This document shows positions 24,001 through 35,851 of a stretch of 64,000 nt of DNA, one piece after another. The position numbers and the translations under genes were made by a program. The stretch is from the NCBI GenBank assembly GCA_010093815.1, contig ML996577.1; one strand, 5' to 3'. A model generated the notes under the pieces. That model made no database searches. It saw only the letters and a program-made list of their open reading frames with translations, and was not told the DNA's origin. This DNA is from Pseudovirgaria hyperparasitica. Lineage: Eukaryota. Position 1 is the first letter of the stretch. Each line of letters opens with the position of its first letter.

Positions 24001-24696
24001 TCAAATTTGATAATCCTCCTGTGTGGCGCTACTCATCTCATCAGTAGGACCTCGCGACAAAACCATAATACTAGGGTAGCGGCACCCGTATCCTGTACAG
24101 GCAGAGTACTTCCAGGCGGTACTCGCTCCTTGACCAAGATCGGAAATCTGTATAATGAATTGCTTCAAGACCGGGTCTTTGTTTAATGGATGAGTTTTCC
24201 AAGCGACAGTCAGTTCAGCCTCATTTTCCAGTCTACGCATCGATATGATGAAGCTTGCTTCCACAGTGGCGCTTATCAGATTCGGATAGGCTGACAGATG
24301 TTTTCTTATACTGTCAAGGGTCGATAGCCAGTCGCAAGGCACGTGAGCACTGCTAGAGAACCATCCAAAGAGATTCTGACCATAGATCATAGTGGCAGGG
24401 AGATCCAGACGTAGGCGTCTAACACGAGCCATCATCGATGATGGAACAGCGTTTGGGCCCAAGAACCTTTCCGGGATACGCTGGTGCACAGTAGCATGAG
24501 CGAAGAAAAAATCAAGAGCCTCGTCCCGTATCTGTCGGCTGATTTGGAGCACACTGATATGGATTCGATGATCGAATGTCGCAGCCGTTACACGCACCGT
24601 GGCGTGTTTCTCGATCAAAAGTTGGTATATCTCATCCCGAAGTTCGCGGGGAAGCCTGAGAAATGCAAAAGTGGACTCGTCCTGATGCTTGAACAT
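24001..24696 (-). CDS. Hypothetical protein with an N-terminal F-box-like FLxLPxELRxxIY motif
   Basis: FLRLPRELRDEIYQLL...LQISRQIRDEALDFFF, a motif common in Pezizomycotina F-box-like hypothetical proteins. Confidence 0.65.
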   Translation of the reverse strand: MFKHQDESTFAFLRLPRELRDEIYQLLIEKHATVRVTAATFDHRIHISVLQISRQIRDEALDFFFAHATVHQRIPERFLGPNAVPSSMMARVRRLRLDLPATMIYGQNLFGWFSSSAHVPCDWLSTLDSIRKHLSAYPNLISATVEASFIISMRRLENEAELTVAWKTHPLNKDPVLKQFIIQISDLGQGASTAWKYSACTGYGCRYPSIMVLSRGPTDEMSSATQEDYQI

Positions 24697-25785
24697 AATT
24701 GAAAATGGAAGCCGGACTAGAAAAACAAGGAACAGATCAAGTGTGCGAGCAAGGAACTAATGTATCTAGCAAGGAGACTCTACATCCAGTGTTGCGGTGG
24801 GATGCTGACGAGCGCCTCGTCAGCTCTTTATCTGGTTTTTAAGCAATCTAGAACTTCGAATCCGAATCCGAGACCAATGAGGTACGTGAGATTGTGTCCA
24901 TTGTGCAGAGCATGCTGTAAGACAGAATCGATCATCGAGCTGCAGCGATAGCACAGGTGACTCGCCGGCTGGAGACCGGTACAGTCAGCAAATGAGTTCG
25001 ACTCAAGTCATCCTGACATCTGTAGATGTAAGCCGTGCCTCCCAACGACGATTGTTCTTGTCGATGAGAAATTATCTCGTTCATTCAAAGTTCCTGCGCA
25101 TAGGGTCCAAGGAGGATATTCGAACGATGCTGCCAATGGAGTGGAAGCCGAATTCTCAGCTGTGTCTACGAGCGCATATGGCGACAGATGCGAACATCGC
25201 TGCTGATAAAAGACCCATCATCCGTTCGCTGAACATCCCAATATGACTTGTAACAACGTGGTCATATTTCGTGTTCAAGAAAAGCGCTTTCGTCGCGTCA
25301 CATATTAGTCATGTATGCGGTTTCCATCGTCTCGGTCGGTTCGGCACGCCGCGAACTTCTAACATCGTCCACGGAGGTGTCCCGGAAGACGCGAGAACAA
25401 GCAACCTGGGATACATTATATTCGAGATGATAGTGATGAGCAACAATACACATGGTGCGGGTTGCTCTTTCGCAGGCTTCCCGGGCGGGCTTACTGATTA
25501 CAGTAACCGTCACCAAAGCAAAAGAAATCAAAAATCTCAAGCCCGATTCCCAGCGCCATGCCGCCTGTCGATCCGTTTCAGGGGGGCTGGATTCCCTGAA
25601 CAAGCAGCCAATGGTACGGCGCCAATGCCCCAGTCTGCCACAACAACATCTCAAATCATTCCGCGCCGCACTCGTCGATCGCATCATCGCAACACTCAAC
25701 ACCATCATCATCATCGCCTTCTGTCGCGAGAGTCCATCCTCTCCGCTTTCTCCATATTGATGGAACCGCTACTATAGAGCTCAAA

Positions 25786-27383
25786 ATGGTGTATCAACCG
25801 AAGTCTTCGGCTTTCGCGCGCATGCGCACATCGAACGCATTCATTGCATTCGTGGTTTGCACTGCCATATTTTCCGTACGTGCCCATTCATAGCGAATCG
25901 CTCATATCCTCTATGCTAACAAGATGCGCAGGACTCATTCGTGTACGATCTTGTATGTTCTGTGCAAGACTGGCACCGTTGCGGCGTATCTGACAACCTC
26001 ACCACAGATCATTCCTTTCATCCCGCACATGCTAGAGCACCGACTCCATCTGCCAGCCGATCAAGGTGAGAGTTGGCTGCCATGTAGGCAAAGTTGTGCT
26101 AACAGCCATAGTACAAATATGGACATCGACGTTGCTTGGCGTGTTTGGAGCCGCATTTGCCATTGGTAATTGTAAGTCCGGCTCATCTACTTTTCTACAG
26201 TGTGGTTTGATTTACGACTATGACAGTGATCGCGGGCTATCTCACAGATCATTCGCCTTCTACAAAGTTCCCATTTCTGCTCGGCATGGTCACGATGATC
26301 GCATCGTCCTTGATGTTCTTCCTGGGAGAACATATTGCAGTCGCGGTCGCCGCTCGTGCTCTGCAAGGACTGTCGGCATCGTTTGTATGGGTTTCCGGCC
26401 TTGCCTTTATGACTTCGAATGTATCCGGCAGCTTTATCGGCAAGGCCATGGGCTACGTATCAGTCGGGATGGCAGCCGGAGAACTTCTTGGACCGCTTGT
26501 TGGCGGTGCCATGTACGAGCACGCGGGTCACTATGCTGTTCTAGCCCTTGTATGTGCGATTCTTGGTGTCGACGTCGCGCTCCGGCTCTTACTGGCGGAC
26601 AAAGAATCTAATGATAGTAGGGGCTCTACCGGTGCCGCTCTGGAAGACGACGAAGAGCGGCCTCTGCTTGATGAGGGCCCAGTCGGAGAGGCTGATGTTC
26701 AAACGCCGGTAGCAGAAGATGCCGGAGTAACGAGCTCGAAGACTATTGACATATTTGGACTTCGCCTGGATCGCGAACTATGCGCCAGTTTCTATGCAGT
26801 CTGTGTTATTGGGACCATCCGCTACTCCTTTGAGTCCTCGCTCAGCATATTCGTTCTTCAGCGCTTCTCGTGGTCCACGTCCGCCAGCGGCGGCATTGTC
26901 TTTGCTTTCCTTGGTCCAGCAGCTTTTGGTCCGCTGGTCGGACACTTCACAACAAAATACGGCCCACGCTGGTTCACCGTCGTTCTATTTGGCGTCTCCG
27001 CAATTGGTCTCGTCGGTCTCGGTCTGTTCACCCAGCCCAGCACTGTGGTAAAAGTGTTCTTTGTCATCACAGTCGCTGTTGTAGGCATCTGCATGTCATC
27101 GCTTACCACGATTCAATCGATAGCATTCTCGGTTGCGGCGAAGCGAAGAGAAATGGAAATGAAGCGGGCGGGTAAAAGCAGCAGTACCGGAGCTGATTTC
27201 GGAGGCTTCAGCATGGCCTGGACTACCGGCATGTTCATCGGACCGTTGGCTGCAGAGCTCTTTGTCGACCACGTCAATTGGCTGGCATATTGTTTGTTTC
27301 TTGCTGGACTATGCGCAATCAGTGGAGTCATCATGTCTTTCACATGGAAGGAATGGGAAATACCTGAAGACGAAGGGTCGTGA
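25786..27383 (+). CDS. MFS transporter (12-TM, vesicular amine transporter/DHA-like), ~4 introns in the 5' part
   Basis: Spliced N-terminus MVYQPKS..FIAFVVCTAIFS|DSFVYDL|IIPFIPHMLE.., ARALQGLSASFVW, GELLGPLVGG, multiple TM segments. Confidence 0.9.
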
Positions 27384-27649
27384 AGCGGGCACGGAGAATG
27401 TTTCTATACAACCACTAAAGAACGTACAACTGAAACCAGCAAGCTTTCAACATCTCCCGCTCAGTGTATAGCACAACTTGAGCATAGAGCACCATGAAGA
27501 ACAAATCAGATTCTGGACTACTTCAGCAGGATGACGTAAGCGGCCTCAGCTTCGCTAAATATGTTTGTTCTTTTGTCCAAGGAAACTTTCTTTCCTTCAT
27601 GCCCAGTTGAACTCTCTCCGTCCAAAACCGGTCGCATGTTCCATGCATC

Positions 27650-28963
27650 ATGGCTTCCCCTAACAGCTTGTCAATATATGAGGACGAGTCCTTCACAATC
27701 CACACGGCTCTTTTGTTCTCGTCTCCATACAGGATGTTTCTTCAAAACATATCCCTCGTCATATCGCGCACCTCCGGCTTGATTCTTAAAACATACTCCC
27801 GTGCCTCCGCTTCCGCTCCAGACCCTCTCCCCCCTTCCGACATCGACCTCACCCACCTAACAATTCTTCCCGGCCTGGTCGACGCCCACACTCACATCTT
27901 CCTGCATGCCTACTCCGAAGTCTCGGCCACTCATCAAATGCTCCACGAATCCCCGGTCGAGCGCATCCTCCGCGCCTCAAACCACGCACGCGCCGCGCTC
28001 GACGCCGGCTTCACCACATACCGCGACCTGGGCACCGAAGGCATGGCCACCGCCGACATCTCCCTCCGCGACGCTATCAACCGCGGCATCACACCGGGCC
28101 CCCGGCTCTTCATCGCTACAGATCCCATCACCACCTCATCTAGCTACACCATCGCAAACGAAAACCCAACCCTCCACGTCCCCCGCCTCGCCGACGAAGC
28201 AGACGGCACCTCCGCTCTTCGTGCCGCAGTCCGCCGCCGCCTAGGCGCAGGCGCAGACATCATCAAGATCTACGCTGACCAAGAATCGCGCGCCGGCCGC
28301 TATCCAGAGCCTTCATTTCCCGGCGCCCTGCCCATGCGCTTCCCCCCGCTTTGGGGCGATGTCCCGCAACACATCACGCTGTTCACTGCTGAAGAGATGG
28401 CCGCCGTGGTTGACGAAGCGCACGCCGCGCACTGCCCGGTGGCCGCGCATGCCAGCTCGCCTAAAGCGGTCATCCGCGCGGCGCGCGCGGGCGTCGATAC
28501 GATCGAACACGGACAGGAACCCAGCGCGGAGGCGATCTCCGCGATGAGAAAAGCCGGCTGTATCTTTGTGCCGACGCTGAGCGTTATGGAGTATGAAGTG
28601 CCGGCGGACGTGCTGCCACGCATGTATGCGCATACGTATGCGGCGTGGAAAGACGGCGTGAAGATTGCGTGTGGCGGAGATACCGGACCGGTGCCCCATG
28701 GACAGAATGTGCGTGAATTGGAGCTTCTGCTTGGTGCCGGGGTGCCGCTTGCTGATGTGCTTGCTGCGGCGACGGTGCGCGGATGGGAGGCGTGTGGCGG
28801 CGAGTGGTGCGGACGGCGGTTTGGAGTGTTGCAGGAGGGATGGGCGGCGGATATTGTTGGACTCGAAGGGGATGTTAGAGAGGATGCGAGTGCGTTAAGG
28901 AGGGTGGCGTTTGTGATGAAGGATGGGGAGGTTTGGAAGAGGGATGGGAGGAGGGTTGGATGA
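27650..28963 (+). CDS. Metal-dependent amidohydrolase (Amidohydro_1, Xaa-Pro dipeptidase-like subgroup), intronless
   Basis: ILPGLVDAHTH (HxH), GFTTYRDLG, GADIIKIYAD, VAAHA, DTIEHG, GGDTG, G.L..GWAADIV. Confidence 0.92.
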   Translation: MASPNSLSIYEDESFTIHTALLFSSPYRMFLQNISLVISRTSGLILKTYSRASASAPDPLPPSDIDLTHLTILPGLVDAHTHIFLHAYSEVSATHQMLHESPVERILRASNHARAALDAGFTTYRDLGTEGMATADISLRDAINRGITPGPRLFIATDPITTSSSYTIANENPTLHVPRLADEADGTSALRAAVRRRLGAGADIIKIYADQESRAGRYPEPSFPGALPMRFPPLWGDVPQHITLFTAEEMAAVVDEAHAAHCPVAAHASSPKAVIRAARAGVDTIEHGQEPSAEAISAMRKAGCIFVPTLSVMEYEVPADVLPRMYAHTYAAWKDGVKIACGGDTGPVPHGQNVRELELLLGAGVPLADVLAAATVRGWEACGGEWCGRRFGVLQEGWAADIVGLEGDVREDASALRRVAFVMKDGEVWKRDGRRVG

Positions 28964-29085
28964 GGAGCGGCGAAGGGTGATGAGACAATACTATATTATA
29001 CTGGCATGTATATATCCCTGCCTACATAACAAAGCTTTTTGCTAATACACTTCTCCTCTCTCTTCCCGCCCATACAGCTAAACTC

Positions 29086-31560
29086 TTACATAGGCAACAC
29101 CCGCATCCGCTGACTATACTCAATATCCTTCGTCCGCTCCTCCAACACGCCGGCATAGAATCCCTGTCCCAAGACATGAATGCGCTTCCGATCAATCTTC
29201 TTACTCGCCGTGCGCGGCACCCAACTCATCAGCACCCACGTCGTCGGCACCATATATCTCGGCAACGCCGCCGCAATCCCGCGCTGCATCTCCTCGACTT
29301 TCGCTCGCACGCCGGCATCCTCCAATGCATCCGCTAACAGCGGCGCAGCACGCGGCACCGGTGCGCAGCTTGCTGGATGTGCGTCGAGATACAAGAACGC
29401 CGTCAGTGAGGGGTCGGCCTTGCCGTTGATGATGCCGAGCAAATCAACCACAACGGCATCCGCCGCTCCGAGAAATTGGCGCGCTTGGTGTTCAACTTCG
29501 AGCGCGTCGACGCGGCAGCCGTCGATTTTAAGTATCGTGTCTTTGCGACCGAGATATGTGATGCGGCCGTCAGCGGCGAGGCGGCCGAGGTCGCCGCTGC
29601 GGTACATGCGGGCGGGAGCGCGGTGCGGGTGAATGTCGCGCCGCCACGCTGGAACGAGTTTGAGGAAGCCCGCTTCAGAGCGGTGGAGAGCGGTGGTGTC
29701 GATGTAGCCGCGGGAGAGATGCGGGCCTTCGATGATAAGTTCTCCAACAGCGCCGATGGGGAGGAGGGATTCCGGAGAGGCCGGGTCGACGAGCCAGATT
29801 GCGCCGCAGGAGGGCCGGCCGATGACGGCGCCGGTGTTGGGGGCAATTGCGTCGTTGTAGGCGCAGCAGATGGCGACTTCGCCCATGCCGTACTGGTTGA
29901 CGAGATGGGTGTCGTGCGAGGCCCATTTGCGGACGAGGTCTTTGGGGAGCGGCTCGCCGCCGACGCACATGAGTTTGAGGCCGGGCACGTCGGAGGGGTT
30001 CAGGCGGATGGCGACGGTCGGGGTGAGGAAGATTGTGTTAGCGTCGAGGATGCGGATTTGACTGGCGAGGTCTTCGACGGTGCGCATCGGCGCCGGGACG
30101 CAGGCGGTGCCGCCGATGATAAGAGGGACAAGAAACTCAAGATTGGAGATGTCAAAGGCGTAGTCGTCGAATTGCAGGAAGCGCGTGTGGGCGCCGAGCT
30201 TGAGGTTACGGGAGTAGTCCTGGATGGCGGTAACGTATGAGGAATGGATCTGAACGATGCCTTTGGGAGTGCCGGTGCTGCCGGACGTGAAAAGCACGAG
30301 ACAGGCGTTGTCGGGCTGGATGTCCGGGCAGATTGGAAATTTGGTGGTAGCTGGTAAACTTCGAAGCCATTCAGGAGACAGTTCGACTACCGTAGGTACC
30401 GTGTTGCGGAATTGGTTTACAAAGTGCGAGTCGGTGAGAAGGATCGAAGTCTTGGTGCGATTGATGACTGATTCGAGGTATATGGGAGGATTGCTCGCAT
30501 GGATGGAGATGTACGCCCCGCCAGCTCTCAATATAGCAAGTCGAGCAACAATAGCCCACGTCGACTTCTCGAAACAGCTAAGAACAAACGTCTCGGGACG
30601 GACACCAAGTTGAACAAGGTGAGAAGCAAGTCTCGAGGAAAGATCATCGAGCTCTCCGTATGTCATGTCTCCATCCCATGAACGAATTGCGATTTGGTCT
30701 GGTCGCTGTTTACATGTATCGACGATCAAGTCATGGAGACATTCGCGCTTGACAGGAGAAACATTGCTTGTGAACTTCTGGATGTGTTGTCGGTCCCAGG
30801 ACGGGCAAAGGTTGACGTTATGAATCAGAAGCGTCGCAGGAGCAGTCAGTATCTGGTTGAAGATATGCTGAAAAGTGCGTAGGACACTTGCGGCCATACC
30901 CTCGTCGGTGTGAGATAGCTTATAGTCGAGCTGAACTCTCAAGCCATTGTCCGGCAACTTGGTTATGATGACACTCAGGTCAATCTGAACTTCGTTAGTT
31001 CAACTTACAGTTCCGTCTTGATTCAATCTCACCTCTTGGTGCGCAAATCGTGTTGCTGTACCATTCCTGACCTCCTCTTCGCCTACATTGAAAGAGATGG
31101 CTGTATTGGATTTATGCTGATCTGTGTCTGCTTCGACAAGAGTGATCTCAAAGCCAGCTGGACCAGTCGTCGTAAGGGACGACTGATGAGTTTGTTGAAG
31201 CCTCTGTATGAAGGACCGCACAGGTTCGCTGCGATCTAGTTTCATGACATACAAAGTTGCGAAGGTGCCAGCATCATGCTTGTCTGCAGCGTCGGCACTG
31301 GCACCAGACGGGCCACTGTAACCAAAACAAAGCACATCAGCAACAATGAAGCATTGTAATGTCAAAGCCCAGGCCGCCTGGATTGTTGCTGCTATAGCAC
31401 GACTCGTGACATCTGTTGCTATTGAGTCTCCAGCACTTATCAATTCAGATTCGATCCATCTCCTTCCCTCTGCTGCCTCATCCGTGCTGGACGAAGGAAA
31501 CAGACAAGTCGACCGATCGTGTCGACTGGAAGAATGGTCCGTGTCGATAGGGTTTGCCAT
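29086..31560 (-). CDS. NRPS-like stand-alone adenylation enzyme (partial condensation-like N-terminus + A domain, no thiolation domain), ~808 aa, intron 30985-31032
   Basis: TYGELD (A1), LAILRAGGAY (A2), FTSGSTGTPKG (A3), FDIS (A4), GELIIEGPHLSRGY (A6), YRSGDL (A7), KKIDRK (A10). Stop ~33 aa after A10 with no GGxS carrier motif; IQAAWALTL in the N-terminal part. Confidence 0.9.
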
Positions 31561-32618
31561 ACTGTCAAGCGATCCTTGAGGCTTCGAATGGTATTCTGCT
31601 AGACCTGTCTGCGGGACATTCCAACATGTACTCTACAGCCGCCTAGCCAACATCTGCTTCAGTGTCAACTGCCATGAGAATGGTTGGGGTGTGTCCCGGA
31701 TCCTGGGAACCACTGATTCTCCCCCTATGCACTGTGGAGAATCGTGAGTAAATGATTGGCTATTCTGAGCCCTTTAGATCGTTTAGTGTATTAAGATGGC
31801 GGGACATCCGTTCCCTTCTATCCCGTTAGTGCGTACCAGCTCCAGCCCGCCACATGTGCAAGCCGAGATCTGATATCTTGTCCCGATCGGGTATGGTGTT
31901 ACAACAGCCGTGCTCAGCACTTCGGCTAGGACGTCCAGATACGGACACATCATACCTGCATCCTTGTCGTCCTCGAACTCTCTTCCAACGTCGTTCTTGT
32001 CGACTTGACACATCTCTCACAGTTCAGACATGCCAGATATAGCCAGAGGAAGTGCATCTCCGATAGAGACCGCTCCAATGACCATAGTATGTCCGTTGCA
32101 GTTCGGATCGGCCGTCTGCAGTTGTTCCCAGTCCGCGGAATCACGATCATGCAGCCTGCATCACACCGATACCCGAATGCACTCCTCACCCACTCGTCAA
32201 TCAAACGAACACGGGTTAGCCAGGAGACTGACTGTGACGCTTTGACATGGCCCAACAAATGGTTCCATATTGTTGGCGCAACAAACCAGTCGTTTTAGTA
32301 CACATCTTATTGTGGAGTATATCGTCCACTTTTGTGATTTGTTGGCTGGAGCCAGCCCCTAGCGTGCAGCCAGCCTGAAAAACGCCATTCTGATGATGTA
32401 AGGAGCTGAAAACTTCTTGACCCATGCATGCAGCTCTAACCTCCCTCTCCACAATGCCTGATTAGTGCACATGAAGCTTCATGCGGTCTCTTTGGGTAAT
32501 GCTCACTGCATTCAAGATTTCAGAGCAAGGCATCCCTGGAAACCAAGGCAAGACACATGTTTACAGCTGATGATGTAGCATAACCTAGCCAACGACCCTG
32601 GTATCTCACCACAAGAAC

Positions 32619-34124
32619 CTAGGCAGCAATACATGTGTGATGCCCAAATGCGTCCAAACAGACCTCATTCCCGCATATACCCAGGAAGCATTCTCGACAC
32701 CATGCCTCTTCTGTTGCCTGAATACCACACACAAAGCACCACAGTGGCATAGTCCCCATATCCGCCGCATCCACGCTCAGCACATTTCTTTGCTCCCTGC
32801 TCTCTTTTCCGAATACACATTGCATCAACAGCTCCCTGTCCGTATTCCCTGCATCCAGCTTCGGCAGCCATCTCACCCACGGACTCCTCCGGCGAATTGC
32901 ACTCTGCACGCGCAGTCGCATGGCAATCTCGCGATCAAGTGCAATCATGGCACCCAAGCCACGCACAGCGTCTGGCTCACGAGTAGAGGGCTCGAGATCA
33001 TGCAGAATGCCTCGTATCGTTGCTCCAATGGTCTCACTTCGGGCAGGCCAGCACTCCTTGCGAGCTGTGGTCAGCGTGCCAAGCGCTTCTATGAGGACAG
33101 GTGTACGGATGGGACGCGAGACCAGTGCGCGCCAGTAGAGGATGGATTGTAGTATATCCGCGCGTTCAATGTAGGTAAAAGCGTGTGTGATAGGGCCTGA
33201 GAAGCCGATTGCAACGCCTGAGATTCCAAGACCTTTCCCGAATATGACAAGATCTGGTTGAATTGGAATGGTAGAATTGGCGCCATTGGTGCTGTTTCCA
33301 TTGACTCCGTTCGTGCTGTGCTTGACTTTAATGTTTGTGTTGTATTCTGGGCGTTGAAATGCAAATGGCGCGCCACAGCGGATGGCAGTCATCGTCTCGT
33401 CCACGATAATCAACAATCTGTTACGCTGAGCCGCAAGTTTCAGCTGCGCATACTGTTCAACAGACAGTACGCTTCCATCTTCTGTAGAGACCATGTCGAA
33501 GACGACTGCGATAGCACCTTGAGCTTTCGCGGCCGCGAATTGAGTATCGATCTCTGAAAATGACGGCCTCGTCTTGAGATTCACAACAATAGGTGGTGGT
33601 CCAGAGGCGATAGCTTGAACCTCCCATTCCTTCGACGTGTGCGCCAACGGTCCAAATCCAGCGCCATAGATGCCCTCAATGGCGACAAACGTCGGCTTTT
33701 GCACGTGAGCTTCCGTCCAGCCAAGCAATTCAAGTGAGAAATCCCGTATCCGTGAGCCAGTTTCCTCGGGTTCCTCGTTCGCCTTCGGTCTTAGCTCTTC
33801 GCTATTCAGAATCAACGGACTAGTGGCGACAGTATTGAGAACGAGACTGGCGATGGTCGTAGGAAGAAGAGCATCGGTGGCATGGGCGTGCAACGAGATC
33901 GGATAGTAGCCGCCAAAGAAGTCGGCAAACAGATTCGTGTATGATCCTAGAAGGACGTGATACTGTCGATCTACGGAAACAGGAGAGACAAGATATTGCT
34001 CCCAAAGCTTTCGAATGGCTGGGTCGTGTAATGTACTGCGTGCGGAATAGGAGCAGCCCCAAACAGAATGGAAGTCGTGGTCTGGAAGAGGATCCTCTTG
34101 GTGATTCGACTTGATGCCGTTCAT
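32619..34124 (-). CDS. Class III (fold I) PLP-dependent aminotransferase-like enzyme with a C-terminal Cys/His-rich finger, ~501 aa, intronless
   Basis: LIIVDETMTAIRCG..FA, PDLVIFGKGL (Schiff-base Lys), VRGLGAMIAL. C-terminus CFVC-x9-CREC-x4-C-x4-C-x5-HHTC. Likely start MNGIKS at 34124. Confidence 0.8.
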   Translation of the reverse strand: MNGIKSNHQEDPLPDHDFHSVWGCSYSARSTLHDPAIRKLWEQYLVSPVSVDRQYHVLLGSYTNLFADFFGGYYPISLHAHATDALLPTTIASLVLNTVATSPLILNSEELRPKANEEPEETGSRIRDFSLELLGWTEAHVQKPTFVAIEGIYGAGFGPLAHTSKEWEVQAIASGPPPIVVNLKTRPSFSEIDTQFAAAKAQGAIAVVFDMVSTEDGSVLSVEQYAQLKLAAQRNRLLIIVDETMTAIRCGAPFAFQRPEYNTNIKVKHSTNGVNGNSTNGANSTIPIQPDLVIFGKGLGISGVAIGFSGPITHAFTYIERADILQSILYWRALVSRPIRTPVLIEALGTLTTARKECWPARSETIGATIRGILHDLEPSTREPDAVRGLGAMIALDREIAMRLRVQSAIRRRSPWVRWLPKLDAGNTDRELLMQCVFGKESREQRNVLSVDAADMGTMPLWCFVCGIQATEEAWCRECFLGICGNEVCLDAFGHHTCIAA

Positions 34125-35851
34125 GTTAGTTGTAGAGGTCTGGTAGGAATTATGCCGGTGATGTCGGTATTCAAGATACGAAGAACTTTTACAAATGGTT
34201 GAGCTTGTGTAAGAATGTGCATGCAAATGTTGTTGACTCGGCTGATTGGACTTGGACAGCGCCACTTGGGCTGTATAGTACGCCTTCATTCTGAAAAATA
34301 CCCGACCATATAGAATGCGTCATCCACTTAGCTATTCACTCGAGGAAAACAGAGATGAAAAATCCAGGAGCTACTAGACTGGGGTCCTGATTTATGCTTC
34401 TGGGCGGCTCGAGTAGGATTCTGATACTCTCTTGCCGCGAAATGGGTTCATGATAAGGAAGATGCGAATGGGCTAACGAAGAACTCTTTGGACGTCGTTG
34501 AGATCTGATTAAGATCGAGTCGCTCGCATGTCGCTATGCGACACCAATTGTTCGACAATATCCAGTAGCCAGTATGGAGACCTCTTGAACAGAAGAAATC
34601 TAGCGATAAGGTCTGTGTATCAATTCTAGTCTTGCCCCTTTCCCCATCCCCGTGTAGCTCGATTTTTCTGCAAAGGGTGTCCTGCAGTATCGGTGCCTTG
34701 TATTTCCATTATTTCCCCTATCACAAGTTCACAACTAATTTTTCTCCTTTCGTTCTGCTCGCGGGGATGATTTTCTTCTCCGCTGCCTCGTCAGTATCAA
34801 GATCACATATCTCCATCTACCCGTCAGTGGTGTCATTGAGTACTTCATTGATAATTGCGACTCCTGGGCCCGTCTGTCACAGACAGAGTATTCCTCGACA
34901 TCTGTGACCAAGGTTTCTCATTCGGCGTGTCTTCTTTTCCAACATTTCCTCCGAGGCAAACTGAAGTAGATCAAAGTCTAGCTCTACAGGTTTGCGGCGC
35001 AGCAGTGACTCCTTGAAAAGTGGCGCTCGAGAGATACGATGGAAACACTTCGGAATGTCAGTTGTGTCAGAAACGCGCCGGTGTTGGACATCTTGACCAT
35101 CTCTGACCTTCAGACCTCACGCGAGTGACCTCAAATGAGGTTGTTGTATTTATATGCGGTGGCAAGGAAGAATTTATGGAGATGTGCTGCGCCGTAGACG
35201 AACATTGTGTTACAACGGAGAGAATGACGATTCGATTTCGCATTCATACAACGCCATTGTGTCACTATGTCATCGAATTCAACACTTCTTACAGATGTTG
35301 ACCTTAATTCCCCCTCCTGCCTACGAACTCACGTGGTCTCAACCACTGTGTAACTTCAATTGATGGCACTCTATATAGCTAGCATAGCTTTCTGACTCGG
35401 CTGCGGGCATGTCTTATTAGACGATCAACGTTTTCTAGGAAGACTGTGATACAACAGTACGGTGTATTAGGATGCATATCAATGATCAACTATCACATAA
35501 AAGTGATTCTTCTTTAGCTTCAAGTACCTAAAGCGCGAATAATTCACACATTGTATAGAACCTGATATTCCCCAGACTTACAGCGTAAATCTTTTACCGT
35601 TAGCAATTAGGAATCGCTTCTTTTTCAGCTGGACCTAGACTTCCACTATTCAGGGACAAAACAATCTCGCCATTGTTCAAGGGGATTCAATAATTCACCT
35701 CCTTCAGTCGACGAAACGGAGTTCATGTCTGATGGATGAGCAAAGCCCCATCTCACTGACGTAGCTCCCGAAGAAGGATCACAACAGGCACTCACACAGC
35801 ATCTATACTCAACAGAGAAATCCACTTCATATTGCTCCATCTACCCACATA

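Noticed and set aside
29180..30240. Long antisense ORFs over the A-domain gene (likewise over actin, DHR1 and MMTAG2)
   Set aside because: Shadow ORFs caused by GC and codon bias of the real gene on the opposite strand.
34295..34420. 5S rRNA copy (CGACCATA start)
   Set aside because: Similarity does not extend beyond a few bases; no internal 5S boxes or closing stem.
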